DNA of 63,864 nucleotides, counting the filler, from Reclinomonas americana ATCC 50394 (taxonomy: Eukaryota), in the NCBI GenBank assembly GCA_048213135.1. It is 16 parts of 16 records of this genome, joined end to end, with 100 filler letters (N's around TTAATTAATTAA, not from the genome) between each part and the next. Parts side by side here need not be neighbours in the genome. Positions count along the whole stretch, not along the records: positions 10,697 to 12,512 come from AFZH01019387.1; positions 12,613 to 14,733 come from AFZH01019388.1; positions 14,834 to 16,632 come from AFZH01019389.1; positions 16,733 to 18,837 come from AFZH01019390.1; positions 18,938 to 24,317 come from AFZH01019392.1; 11 more parts are not named here. One strand, given 5' to 3'. The notes beneath the pieces are model-generated. The model was not told the DNA's origin and did not search any database. It saw only the letters and a list, made by a program, of their open reading frames with translations. The first letter of the stretch is position 1, and each line of letters begins with the position of its first letter. Below, in pieces: positions 12,501 through 24,308 of this stretch. The position numbers and the translations under genes were made by a program.

Positions 12501-14977
12501 CACCTGTCGAGCNNNNNNNNNNNNNNNNNNNNNNNNNNNNNNNNNNNNNNNNNNNNTTAATTAATTAANNNNNNNNNNNNNNNNNNNNNNNNNNNNNNNN
12601 NNNNNNNNNNNNTGAGGAAGAGAACGAGGGAGTGGCAAGCGTGAGTAGAGAAGAGGAAGTGAGCGACAGAGGGCGAGGGTAAGGGAGAAGTAAAGGGAGA
12701 GAGTCAAAAGAGGAACGGAACGAGGGATTGGCGATTGAGAGGAGAAAAGAAGAGGGAGAGAGAGAAAGAAAGGGAAAGGGAGAGGAGAAGATGAAAACAT
12801 GGGTCAGGGGGAAGACGAACAGCAAACCCTGCAGAATATCGAGGGATGGAAAGAGGAGAAGATGAAAAAGGGAAGACTCTGTGCATGCAGAGAGATGACG
12901 AGCGAACAACGGTGACTTGAGGTGCAAGAAAACAGGCACACACGGAATTTCGATGAAGTAGAATGTCTGCTGCTCTCTCTCCCTTTCTCTTCCCCCCCTC
13001 TCAACCGAGACTCACCACAACGCGAAATGTCAAACACCGTCTGGTCCTCCAGATGCGCAATACGCACAAACGACGGATCCAGCAAGTCGTCCTCCTGGTC
13101 GAAGTAGCCGCCCAACTGAAAGCGAGCCAGCAGGCCGCCCAGAGTGACGGAAACTACGGTGTTGTCGCGATGCAGCATGATGATTTCCTCCTCTCCCGGT
13201 CGACTGCGCGTGCGCTCTCGAGTTGGAGGAGGAGGAAGAGGGAAGAAGTGAGGAAGGGCACGCAACGACTGGTCGTGGCCGACACGCAATTTGAGGCGGG
13301 TGATGGGAGCGTGGTGGAATCGCGCGTTCATGATGATTTCGCAGTCGACCTGCGGGATCGGGAAGCATGAGAATGGAGGAGAGGAAGAGTGGAAGCGGGA
13401 TGACGAAGAGAGGTAAATTAGAGAGGGATGACGGTGAAGACGCAATGAAGGAGAGGATGCGAAGGAAAGCAGGAGGAGAGACAGACAAAAGGATGGCAAA
13501 GGATGGAGAGCAGGCAAGAATCGGGCAGAGAAGAAGGAAAAGGTGTGGGCGAGAAAGTGTCATAATAGGGAGTGCGAGAGAAGCAGACACCAGAGAGAAG
13601 GAGGCGGGGTTGCCTTCAAGGACCACTGCTGTCTACCCCTTACTTCGACACCTTACGCACCTCGGAAAACGCCTTGATGCGACCCGAATCAAATGCCAGC
13701 AAGAGAATGTACTCGGGCACCGACTTCCACTGCGACGACGCCCCTCGCGTGCACATCCACAGCACGTCGGTGATCTCTTCCTCGTCCTCTTCGTGGCTGG
13801 ATGGGGAGCCGCCACCGCCGCCGCTACCACCGGAAGGCGACGCACCACTTTGTATCCGCAAAGTGAGCGAAGTGAAAGAAGATGGGAACAGAGGGGTGGG
13901 GTACGAACCGCATGCCCTCCAATTCGATAAAGGACAACTCGTCGATGCGCACTCGCTGCTGTTGTTGCTGCTGTTGTTGTTGAGAGGGGTCCTTGCGGTG
14001 CTGCGAATGAGGAGAGGAGAGCGAGATGTGAGAGGGAGGACGTGATTTGGAGAAGGAACTGAGGAACAGCGACGGGGACTGAGGAACAGCGACGGACGAA
14101 GAGGGCGAAGGGAAGGGAAAGCGAGAGGTGATCAGTGAAGACTGGGTAATATCGCGAGCTGGCGAGGGCGGTGAACAGGAAGAGCAAGTGTGATCGTTCC
14201 AGCACGGTGAGGGAGAGGCGAGTAAGAGAAGGCACTGACAGTGAGCGGGCGGTGAAGGAGAAGAGCGAGAGCGATCAATGAGCATGTCAGAGAGTGAGAG
14301 ACAGAGTGAGAGACAGAGAAGCCTTTGTGAGATCACTGAGTGAGTGAGAGAGTGCGAGTGAGGGAAGGCACTGAGAGTAAGCGGGTGGTGAAGGAGAAGA
14401 GCGACAACGATCTATGAGCTTGTCAGAGAGTGAGAGACAGGGCAGATCAATGAGGGAGTACGAGTGAGAGAAGAGCGAGAGCGATCAATGAGCTTGTCAG
14501 AGAGTGAGAGACAGAGAAGCCTTTGTGAGATCACTGAGTGAGTGAGAGAGTGTGAGTGAGGGAAGGCACTGAGAGTAATCGGGTGGTGAAGGAGAACAGC
14601 GAGAGCGATCTATGAGCTTGATAGAGAGTGAGAGACAGAGAAGATCAGAGAGAGTACGAGTGACGGAGAAGAGCGCGAATGATCAATGAGCTTGTCAAGA
14701 GAGTGTGACAGGTAAGCGCCTTTGTGAGATCCANNNNNNNNNNNNNNNNNNNNNNNNNNNNNNNNNNNNNNNNNNNNTTAATTAATTAANNNNNNNNNNN
14801 NNNNNNNNNNNNNNNNNNNNNNNNNNNNNNNNNACTGCACTCACTCAACCACGCATCACTGGATGACGAGGAAGAGGAAGAGGAGGAGGAAGAGGACTTG
14901 GAGGGTGACTGAGGCGCGGTGAAGAGCTTGCGCTGGAGAGCGCGAAGTGGGAGCTCAGTGAGCACGCGGATGTCCAT
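6577..14977 (-). CDS. RAB3GAP2: Rab3 GTPase-activating protein non-catalytic subunit (multi-exon, spans three gaps; 3' end uncertain)
   Basis: DAWLSECS (N-terminus), [58 protein letters not shown] and IYGARRGVLELW match the RAB3GAP2 N-terminal domain. Helical exons continue to about 6577; an extra terminal exon to about 6409 is possible. Confidence 0.88.
14230..14733. repeat. Intronic degenerate tandem repeat (units such as AGGCACTGA...GGTGAAGGAGAAGAGCGAGAGCGATCAATGAGCTTGTCAGAGAGTGAGAGACAG)
   Basis: The GCGATCAATGAGCTTGTCAGAGAG-like motif and CCTTTGTGAGATC each recur several times inside a RAB3GAP2 intron. Confidence 0.8.
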
Positions 14978-15099
14978 TGCTGTGTGTGTGCCCCTCCTTC
15001 TCACAGGTGGAGTGTGTGTTTCGCGCGCGATCGATCCACTTGTTGGTGTGACTGACAACTTGAAAATTCTCAAGATAAGACTTCGGTGAGAGGCAGCTG

Positions 15100-15335
15100 C
15101 ACATTGAACAGGAGAGACAGATAGAAGTATAGTGTTGTATGAGGGGCACAATGGGCTGTGAAGGATGGAGGCAGCAACGGCCACAACTTCAAGATACATC
15201 GGTATTGATATCGATTCCGAACTCGTGGGCATTGATCACCGGTACAGGAGAGACCGAGACTGGCGTGGAACAAGTACGAAGAAACACAGTTGGCTGTGAA
15301 GAATTCAGGCAGCAACGGCCACAACATCAACTGTC
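15100..15335. repeat. Two-copy direct repeat (period about 138 bp) between RAB3GAP2 and the helicase
   Basis: GGCTGTGAAG...AGGCAGCAACGGCCACAAC occurs at about 15154 and 15292, each preceded by ACAGGAGAGAC. Confidence 0.7.
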
Positions 15336-15432
15336 AGCATTCATTCTGCTTTGATCACACACTTGCATGATATACAACACCTTACACCAACACAACAATG
15401 TCAATCTATATGCGTAAGCGCGTCAACCGGCT

Positions 15433-16150
15433 TCACGTGTGCACCGCCGGTACCTGCGCAGGCGAGCGACTCGAGCTCCTCAAGCGCCTCTTCAGCGGCG
15501 GCTGTTCCGCGTCAATCTCCTCCTTCTCCTCCTCCGCCTTCAATGCGCCCGTGACAGGAAAACGGTCACGCTTGCCGGTGACGACAGGAGTTCCGATCTC
15601 CTGCGAATCCTGCACCATCTCCGGACTGGAGCCAGAGCCGGAGCCGCTGTCAGACCACGTCCTGCCATCCAGGTGACCACCATTCATCACGAAGAATCCG
15701 GCCGCCAAGGCCGCTGGCTCTTCCTTCAACGGGTGGCCTGCCAGAGGTGGAGCCTACGCAACGAGGGGGTCAAGACCTCGCTTCGGAGACAGCACGACAC
15801 TTCAAAACACTCCACTCACAGCAATCGAAATGTGCATCGATTCGGCTCTGACACCGCTCTGCGAAGCAGCAGCAGCAGCAGCAGCAGCACCGGCACCGAC
15901 AGAGTCGATCGTCATGGAAATAGCGGCAGTCGCCGAGGCGATGGCGGCGGGCTCTTCTTTCAACGGGCGGCCAGCCGGAGGCGGAGCCTGATGACAAGCA
16001 TACGCGATGAGGAGGTCAAGACCTCGTTTCGGAGACAGCACGACACTTCAAAACACTCCACTCACATCCATCGAAATGTGCATCGACTCGGCCTTGACAC
16101 CGCTCTGCGAAGCAGCAGCAGCAGTCATGGAAATAGCAGCTGTCTCCGCG

Positions 16151-16182
<32 letters not shown>

Positions 16183-18246
16183 AGAATCGCTTCCGGCAAA
16201 CAGACCACTGCGGCGATGCAACACACGAGACGCAGCATCCCAGTCAATGGATCCATTCGTCGCCAAGTCCGAGAGCGATTCACTGCGCCAGTTGAGGTCG
16301 AATGATCCGACCACCGTGTTAAGGTAGCGCGAACGCGTCAGCTGGCGGAAGCCTTGCTGCTGCTCCAGATACGAGACCTGCAGTAGGATTTGCGCGCGCG
16401 TCAATCTGCAGCAAAGAGATGATGAGAGTTAACACCAGTGAATCACGCACACATGCACAGTCGTCTCACGAACCCGACGTACAACACGCGTCGCTCCTCC
16501 TCAACATCGCCATAAAACATGGGCAGCATGTTCTCCGACACGCCAGTCGCAAAGCACACCGGCCACTCGCAGCCTATTGTTGTAACCGAGTTGAGACACA
16601 GCTAGCATCACAAATCTCTCCGACACTGCGCTNNNNNNNNNNNNNNNNNNNNNNNNNNNNNNNNNNNNNNNNNNNNTTAATTAATTAANNNNNNNNNNNN
16701 NNNNNNNNNNNNNNNNNNNNNNNNNNNNNNNNCGCTTCTGTTGGCTTCCTCTGTTCGGAGAGCAAGCCACCTTGTTGATCATCGGGTCTCTCTGAAGTCG
16801 TACACGAAGAGAGACACCACATGGCCTGACTCAGAAGAACATCGAAGGAGAGCTGGAGGAGCTGAGTGTGACAGGAAGAAAGCTAAAAAGACGACCAAAA
16901 TCGTGCATACAGAAGATTCAGGAACAACCTACGATTCAGAGAGATTTTCTGCAGAATGTTGCACGCACAAAAGAGGATAGAAAGATGCAACAGGTTGCGC
17001 GAGGTGCATGCCAACTCAGACAAAAATGCGCACCAGAATCGGGCGCTTCGACAATCGACACTGGCGCACAACGCTCGTTCCGCGTGAACAAAGCCTTGTC
17101 CTGTTCAGCAGCAAGCGTAAACAACAAAAAAAAAACACAAATCCATTCATCCTCACGGAGCAGCAGCAGCAGCAGAATAACCAACCAGGCGGTTCTGGGC
17201 CTGCAAAATCACCCGTGAGCTAAAAGCCACACAGTCGGCCGATGAGCGGAAGTTCTCCTCCAGCTTGTGGTACTGGAGACGGCCCTCGAAAATAGGATGC
17301 GAAAGGAAGTCGCGCATGTTGGTGAACACGCTCCCGCGGAACGAATAGATGCATTGCTGGTGACCACGAGAGTGAATTTCTCAAGCACTACTGCTCGGAC
17401 CAAAAAAAACGTAGGAGACATATAGCAGACCTGCTCATCTCCGACCACCACGAGATTGCCGTGCTTCTCCACGAGTTTGGTGGTCAGGTCGTATTGCACA
17501 CGATTGGTCTGCACTCATTGTACATCAGCAAACATCTGCGCGCAGGACACCCGACCTCAGCGACTCACATCCTGCCATTCGTCCACCAAGACCATGCGCC
17601 AGCGTCGCCCGACAGCGTCCGAACTGTACGGTGAAGAAATCAGCGCAATTCTTGGGAGAGAGAGAGGAGAGTAGCGAACACCAAGTCGAGGACACACTGA
17701 CGATTGTGTCCTCTCCTACAACACTATAACAATCTCGGTACGCAACATCGACGGTCGAGCCTTGAAGCACTCCAGCGCCAGACACAGCATGTCATCAAAG
17801 TCGACCATGTTATGCTCGCGCTTGTAGGCCTCGTAGGCTTTCTCGACGCGGTGAAAGTCCGCCATGTTCTGATTTCTGAACTTGGAGTTCATCGCATACG
17901 GAACGCCCGGGCAGTTGCGCGTCCAGCTGATAAGGCTCACATAGTGGGCGGCCGCGTTCGGGCAATCTTGGCGCAGAGCACGCTTCTCTTGCTGCAGCAC
18001 TTCACCCATCGCCTTGATTTGCGCTTTTGAGTCGATAACCATAAAATGGCTTGCCACTGCACTTCGACAGGCGGTAAGCAGAGCGCATCAAGACGAGAAG
18101 CAGCTGCGCATGCCACACGCAACGACCAATGGCTTCGCCGTAGCGATGCAGGAGCTGCACGCACATGGCATGGAATGTGGAGATCTGCATGCGGTTCAGC
18201 ATGGCCTTGCCGACAAGAATGGAAAGGCGGTTTCGCATCTCCATAG
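15433..18246 (-). CDS. UvrD/REP/PcrA (Srs2-like) SF1 DNA helicase, 5' end missing
   Basis: Motifs AMEMRNRL, ISTFHAMC, VDFDDML, VLVDEWQD, LVVVGDEQ, QCIYSFRG, LEENFRS, GCEWPVCFATG and EEERRVLYVG-LTRAQ (motif VI), then a low-complexity tail to the stop at 15433. Motif I probably lies in or beyond the gap at about 18838. Confidence 0.92.
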
Positions 18247-18740
18247 CTGCACGAAAAGGGAAAGTGAGAGAGGAAAAGAGAGACGTGCACAACCTCGCCT
18301 CTAATTTACGCATGCAAGTGACAAGTAGCCTCTCTCTCGCCCACTCTCGCGTATGTCTGTTGCCTTTTTCTCTACCCAGTGGCACCACGAACCCAAGGAT
18401 GAGGAGTAGAAACGAGCTGAATCACTACGTACCCCGCCAAATTAATGGCTGCAGGCTTGTGAACTCTTGGCACACGCATCGGAGGCAAAGCCGACACATG
18501 ACAAATCGAGTAGTAGCCTTTCTCTCCCTCTCTCTCTGGACAAAGGGTGATCGCAAAGGCATACAAACGCATTCTCTGACAAACAGGCATAGAGAAAGAG
18601 AGACAGAAAGAGAGAAAAAGAGAGACGTGCACAAAGTCGCCTCTAATTACGCATGCAAGTGCCGCCCTCGAGCTCTCTTTCTCTGGACAAAGGGTGTTCG
18701 AAGAGGCATACATATTGCGTTCTCTGACAAACATGCACAC

Positions 18741-18836
<96 letters not shown>

Positions 18837-18953
18837 GNNNNNNNNNNNNNNNNNNNNNNNNNNNNNNNNNNNNNNNNNNNNTTAATTAATTAANNNNNNN
18901 NNNNNNNNNNNNNNNNNNNNNNNNNNNNNNNNNNNNNACACCACCACCACACA

Positions 18954-19000
<47 letters not shown>

Positions 19001-19216
19001 CACACACACACACACGCAGAGGGAGAGAGGTGATTGCCACGTTAGGTTAGGCAGTGATTGCATGAAGAGAGTGGTGATGCATGCAGCTTTTATAAAGAGT
19101 GACTGTTGTTCACACGCTGACCTCTCTCTCTCTCTCTGTTCTCCTCCTGCTCATTCTGCGTCTCTTCATGGTCATCCTCCCCCCCCTTCTCCTCCAATCT
19201 CTGTGTGCGCACACAG

Positions 19217-22113
19217 AATGGCTGACGCACTATCGCACGGAGCACAAGACTGCCGCACTCGCGCTTGACGCCGTCGCTGCCGATGTGCTTGTGTGGGCGG
19301 GCAGAGGAGGCAGTGTGCTCATCGCCGAGCTCGCCGCCGGAGCGCCAATGGCCAGCAAGAGTATCGAGATGGCTCAGGGCAGTGCTGTCACTCTCACACT
19401 GCCCACTGTCGTGTCGTACCCGACGCTGCTCGACTGGCGTCTGTTCGCTGGCGATCGCGGCGACCCGCTTGCTACATCGGCTGCCGCGGCAGCTGTGCTT
19501 GAGAACGCACGCGATGGGCGAATGGCCTCGCTCATCAGTGTGAGCGGCGCCGGCAAGACCAAGTGTATGTTTGACGTGCTGCGCCGCCGCTACGGTGTCT
19601 TTCTGGACATGAGCGGTGGGCGGGTGGGCAAGGTGGACGGCGGCGTGCAGCTGACGCTCTCGGCGATGGAGGAACTGGGCGGCAAGATTGCCGACAGTGT
19701 GCAACGCCTAAAATATGCATGCATGGACGAGTTCGCGCTCCTCCTCTCGGCTCGCCTGGCCACGATGCTGGTGCTGCACAGTGCCGGCCTGTTGAAGTCA
19801 CCCGAGCACTGGCTCCTGTTACAGTTGCAAGGCGATGTTATCAAGGGCGATTTCACTGGCGGGTTGGTGCGTGCACTGCGCTCGCTGGATGCACGTGTGC
19901 CGTCTGATCTGTGCACGGCACTGTGCCGACTGACACGTGCAACCTTGACTGCCAACGAGTATCCCATTATTGCTGTCGATGAGGCTGGCGCCCTTCTCCG
20001 TGTGCTGGAGAATCGCTTCCAGGACAAGTATGTTGTGTTTCTATTATAGCACTTCTTCATTCTTCGCTTGCTTCCTTCACTCGCTCACCATTCTCCCTCA
20101 ACGCACAGCGCGAAAGCAATCGCAGTGCGTTTAGCGTCGTGACGCGCTACCTGCTCAGCCTCAACTACGCTGGCAGCGTTGTGGCCGGCACATCCCTGTC
20201 GCTGCGTGATGCCGCTCCGTTCGAATCGGCCACGGCGGGCAAACCGGATCGCCTGCATCAACTCGGCCATTTGCTGCGCCCATGGCTCACTGATGATATC
20301 AAGGCGGTGCTCCAACGGTGCGGCATCGCCGACTGCACCGGTGCCGATGCCGCGTCGCTGCAAGGTTAGCAAGGGATTGTGCAATTTTCTCTCATTGTTG
20401 TGTTCTTTCTCCCCCTCTTACATTCTCGCAGGCCGCGCGCGCCTCACGATGCGCTACCTGCAACTCCGGTGGGATGGCAAGTCGTCCGCGGGTGCAGTTT
20501 CGGAGGTCCTCACGGAGGATGCCAAGACCGGGATCTCGGACAGACTGGCGCACCAGCTCGTCTCTGCGTCACGCTTGCCGGAGTATACATCACTGGTCGA
20601 GGTAATGCGTTCTTCTCTTCCCCACATCCGCGACCGGTTCCGCGCTGTTGGTCTCCTTTTTGTCTCATACCCTTTATCCCCTCGCATGCGCGCAGCTCGC
20701 TCGCGAACTCTATGTGGCCGAGTACTTTGCTTTTGGTGCCGTTCTCGACGAGGACCCTATGCCGTCGGAGTTCATTGATGCCGTGGAGCGTGGTCTCTGC
20801 TTTGTGCTGTCGGAGGAGGGTACTAGGCTGGTGTCGGTGGCCAACTCGCCGTCGGCTTATCCGGCGAGTCAGTGGGATGGCAGAGTGTTGTACTCCTGCG
20901 AGGTGCGGCAGAATTCGTGGGCATTGTATCTGTCGTTTTCGACTTCTGATGCGCCTCTCTTTGCCTGACTACTCAGCCGTTTGTGTTGGACGTTGTCCGT
21001 CGTGCGCTGCGAAAGGCCGCCGCCACGGTGGTGGCCAGCCTCCTCCAGCAGCGCACACAATCGCAAATTGGTCTCGAGCTGGAAGCGTTTGTAGCCGTTT
21101 GTCTGTGCGAAAGTGAACTGCACCCAGACACGAGTGGCATCACTGGCGCCCTCGCGCGCAACTTCTTGCAGCCGTTGCGTGCCGTGTTTCACATTCGTAT
21201 TTCTCTCACGGAGCAGCAGAGTGATTCATTTGTCTTTCCTCCCTACGCCGTTAGGTCTGCTGACGATGCCACTTGCGACAACGAGGAGTCATCATCGCCG
21301 ACGAAGATGATGTACAGCATCCTGTCGAGTCCCATGTCACAGCCGCGTCGGCCTGTGATCTGGGATTTGCGCGAGTCAGCACCGCTCGCGCGCCGAGTGG
21401 CGGTGGCGCATGCCGTACTGGACGACGTGTGCGGTGTGGGCCGTGGCGATCGGGATGCCATTCCGCCGGCCAGTGGCGCCACCCCCACTGCCTTTGTACA
21501 GCGCTGCTTGGAATTGGCGCGAGCGCAGGAGAAGGACGGAGGTGAGACATCGGAGCGCGTATGGCAGCGCAAGCCGTTTGCTGCTCTCCTCCCGACAGGG
21601 GGGCGCAGGAGTGGCCCCAACATTGTCGCCTGTGTGCCGCTGGCCTCCGATCCCACCAAGTTTGTGCTGCTGCTCGTGGCCTTCAAGACCAAGGGCGGCG
21701 GTGAAGCAGTGAGCAAGGAAAAGGCTGTCGCGAGTGTGCAGACCACGGATCCGCGACTCAACAGCGTAGCAAAGGAACTCGTCGAGGCTTTGAAGTCGGA
21801 GGGTGCGCTTGCGGCGCTAGTGCGGGTGCATTTTGCGTTACCAGACGAGGGACAGGAGGTGGCCGTGGGAGAGAAGGCGGTGGTGAGGCAGCCGGGAGAA
21901 GGAAGAGTTAGTGCTTCTTTTATTCACTCCACTTCCGTTGCGCAGGAAAAGGTCAACGTGGCTCCTGGTGCATGGTCAGTGCGATGGATAGAGGAGGACA
22001 CAGTGGAGGGCACTGTGCCCGAACTCGTCGTCAACGTGGATGGCAGCAACGTGGACAAGCTGGGCATATTTACGTCGGATGCGCTGCGGAGAATGAGAGT
22101 GAGTGACATGTGA
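19217..22113 (+). CDS. Crinkler/RHS-type P-loop NTPase plus restriction-endonuclease-fold protein (N-terminal header exon not seen)
   Basis: Walker A SVSGAGKT, Walker B IIAVDEA, then RSAFS...VVAGTSLSL, LQGRAR, EPFVL, GLELE and SGPNIV...LVAFK. This order matches CR-NTPase+CR-REase effectors. Several short GT-AG introns are present. Confidence 0.72.
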
Positions 22114-22332
22114 CAGAATTCAACAGCGTCAGCACTCATCGCACGTCCTTGAATGCACACTCTCATTTCGTATCAGATGTGCGCGCAGAAATCAGTGTCT
22201 TCCTCTACCCGTCTTTACCCTTGAACCGATGCGCGTTGTGTGTGATCAGCGTTTCTTTTTCCTGTAAACCCTTTACCCGTGTGGGCGTAATCAGTGGCTT
22301 TCTCTACCTTTATCAGTGCGCGTATACATAAG

Positions 22333-22573
22333 AACACTTCATTCACCACATTCCAACAACAATTCATTATATTCACCAACAGACAAGCAACAGCTGTCTT
22401 GATGGCCAACAAGTCGAGAGCAGCGATCTTCACCGCATGTATAATCAATTGCGATTGCTTGGCTTTGCCTCCTGAAAGGGAAGATGACTGTTTGGAGAAG
22501 AAAATGGTAGTTTGTGCCTTGGTCATTGTCGGCAAGGGATTTCACATTATTGGAATGTGGTGAATGAAGTGTT
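22333..22573. mobile_element. MITE-like element with perfect 24-bp inverted repeats
   Basis: AACACTTCATTCACCACATTCCAA (22333-22356) is the exact reverse complement of TTGGAATGTGGTGAATGAAGTGTT (22550-22573). The interior is AT-rich and non-coding, and parts of it recur elsewhere in the window. No clear target-site duplication. Confidence 0.55.
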
Positions 22574-22795
22574 TTTCTTTCCTTATATTTGCCGGTTCCG
22601 GATCCGTCGCCGACCGTATCCTCCACCTAACTAATTCACACTCATACTCTCTCTCACTCACTCTCTCTCTTCTCTCTCACACTCTCACACACACTTGCAC
22701 ACACTCGCACCCACAGACGTCAAGACATCGCGCGAGCACAGACTGTCCTCTTCCATCCCACGCACACGCACGCTCTCCTCTCCCCGTCCGCCCGC

Positions 22796-23311
22796 ATGGC
22801 CTCGGCCTCCGACGCCTACCAAACCCTCAACTCCGACACCGTGCCGCTGAGCGACACCGAGCTGCGCACATCACGGAGACGCACATCAATCACATACACG
22901 GCGCCCACATGCGCAGATGACAAGGGCCAGAAGAGACCAGAGGACGTCGATGTCGACGATGACGACGAGGAGGCGGACGACATACGGCCAGTGACGCGGC
23001 GGCAAAAGATCGCCGCGAGCATCGCGCCGCTGCTGACGTCGGCCGCGGGCATTTGCGCGGCGCACTTTCAGGTGAACATGCTGATTCAGGTGCCGATTTC
23101 TGCAGTGGGCGGCACGGCGATGAAGGCCGCCTCGCGTCTCTTGCCGCCGGCGTGGCGATTTGGGCTGCAAGGGGTGGCGCTGGCGAGTGGATTTGTGTTT
23201 GATCACTTTGTGCCGGGGTGGTATGTGGGCCCGGTGTTCCTGGCGGCCATGGTCGGCAGCATACAGCGGTTGACGAAGATGTTGATCTTGGGGAAACCCC
23301 TGTGGAAATGA
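22796..23311 (+). CDS. Small intronless membrane protein, unknown family
   Basis: 171-aa ATG-TGA ORF with GC-rich coding bias, an acidic N-terminus and 3-4 hydrophobic segments. Confidence 0.7.
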   Translation: MASASDAYQTLNSDTVPLSDTELRTSRRRTSITYTAPTCADDKGQKRPEDVDVDDDDEEADDIRPVTRRQKIAASIAPLLTSAAGICAAHFQVNMLIQVPISAVGGTAMKAASRLLPPAWRFGLQGVALASGFVFDHFVPGWYVGPVFLAAMVGSIQRLTKMLILGKPLWK

Positions 23312-23824
23312 AAACAGGAGAAAAGATGAGGAGATGAAGGGCGCGAGTGTGTGTGTGGGTTCCCCCACTGGCTTTCTGCCAATCATCTCTCATTTCTCAC
23401 CTCTCTCTGCGCACTCTCTCTTGCTTGCTCTCTCGCTCTCTCTCACACAACACTCCAATCTCGTCACAAGGCGCGGGGACTCATGCAATGCACCAATGGT
23501 GACCAATGCTCCACTTCGAACCCAACGTCGAAGTCGCGAGACGACGCGCGCGCTCGCTTCCGCTCTTCCCAGCATGCCAAGTAGGAAAGCAGACGGCACG
23601 CGAGGGACGCAGAGAGAAAGAGAGAGCGACAGGGAGAGGCAAACATGACAACTTCATGCTTGTTTTTCTCTCTCTTTCTTTTCTCTCATGAGCAACAAAC
23701 GACGCTGATGGTGATAGTCGTGCTGGTCTCCTTTCTGGCTCCTTCGATGCACAGTGGCAGCGGCATCCACTCGCGTGCATGCATACGTGTCCTTCCGCGT
23801 CCCACACACATTTTCCTCCACCCC

Positions 23825-24243
23825 ATGAGCGCTGGCTCCTCGTCGGGCTCTGCAGCTGGCAGTGGTGGTGCATCATCCGCCAATGCGCCTTTTGCAGGTG
23901 CGTGCTTCTCTCTCTGAGCTGAGCAAAGGCAGTCTGTGTGAAATGGCGCACTCCGTGTTGTCTCACTCACTCACACGCTCTCTCCTGTGCGGCTGTGTTA
24001 TGGGACTGCAGAGCATGCAGCGGTGTGTGTCCAAGTTGACTTGGCCACGCAGCTGTTCAAGGTGAGTGATTGACCGTGAGTGACCGACATGCAAAGCAGA
24101 CTGACGGACTTTGGTGCGAAAGGGTCTTGTGGAGTACACGCTGAGTGCTGCGGGCTCGGCTGCAATGTCGACAGGCTCAGAGATCCGACTCTCAGCGCAA
24201 GATATTGGTGAGTGCGATGGAGAGAGAGAGAGAGAGAGTGACG

Positions 24244-24308
<65 letters not shown>

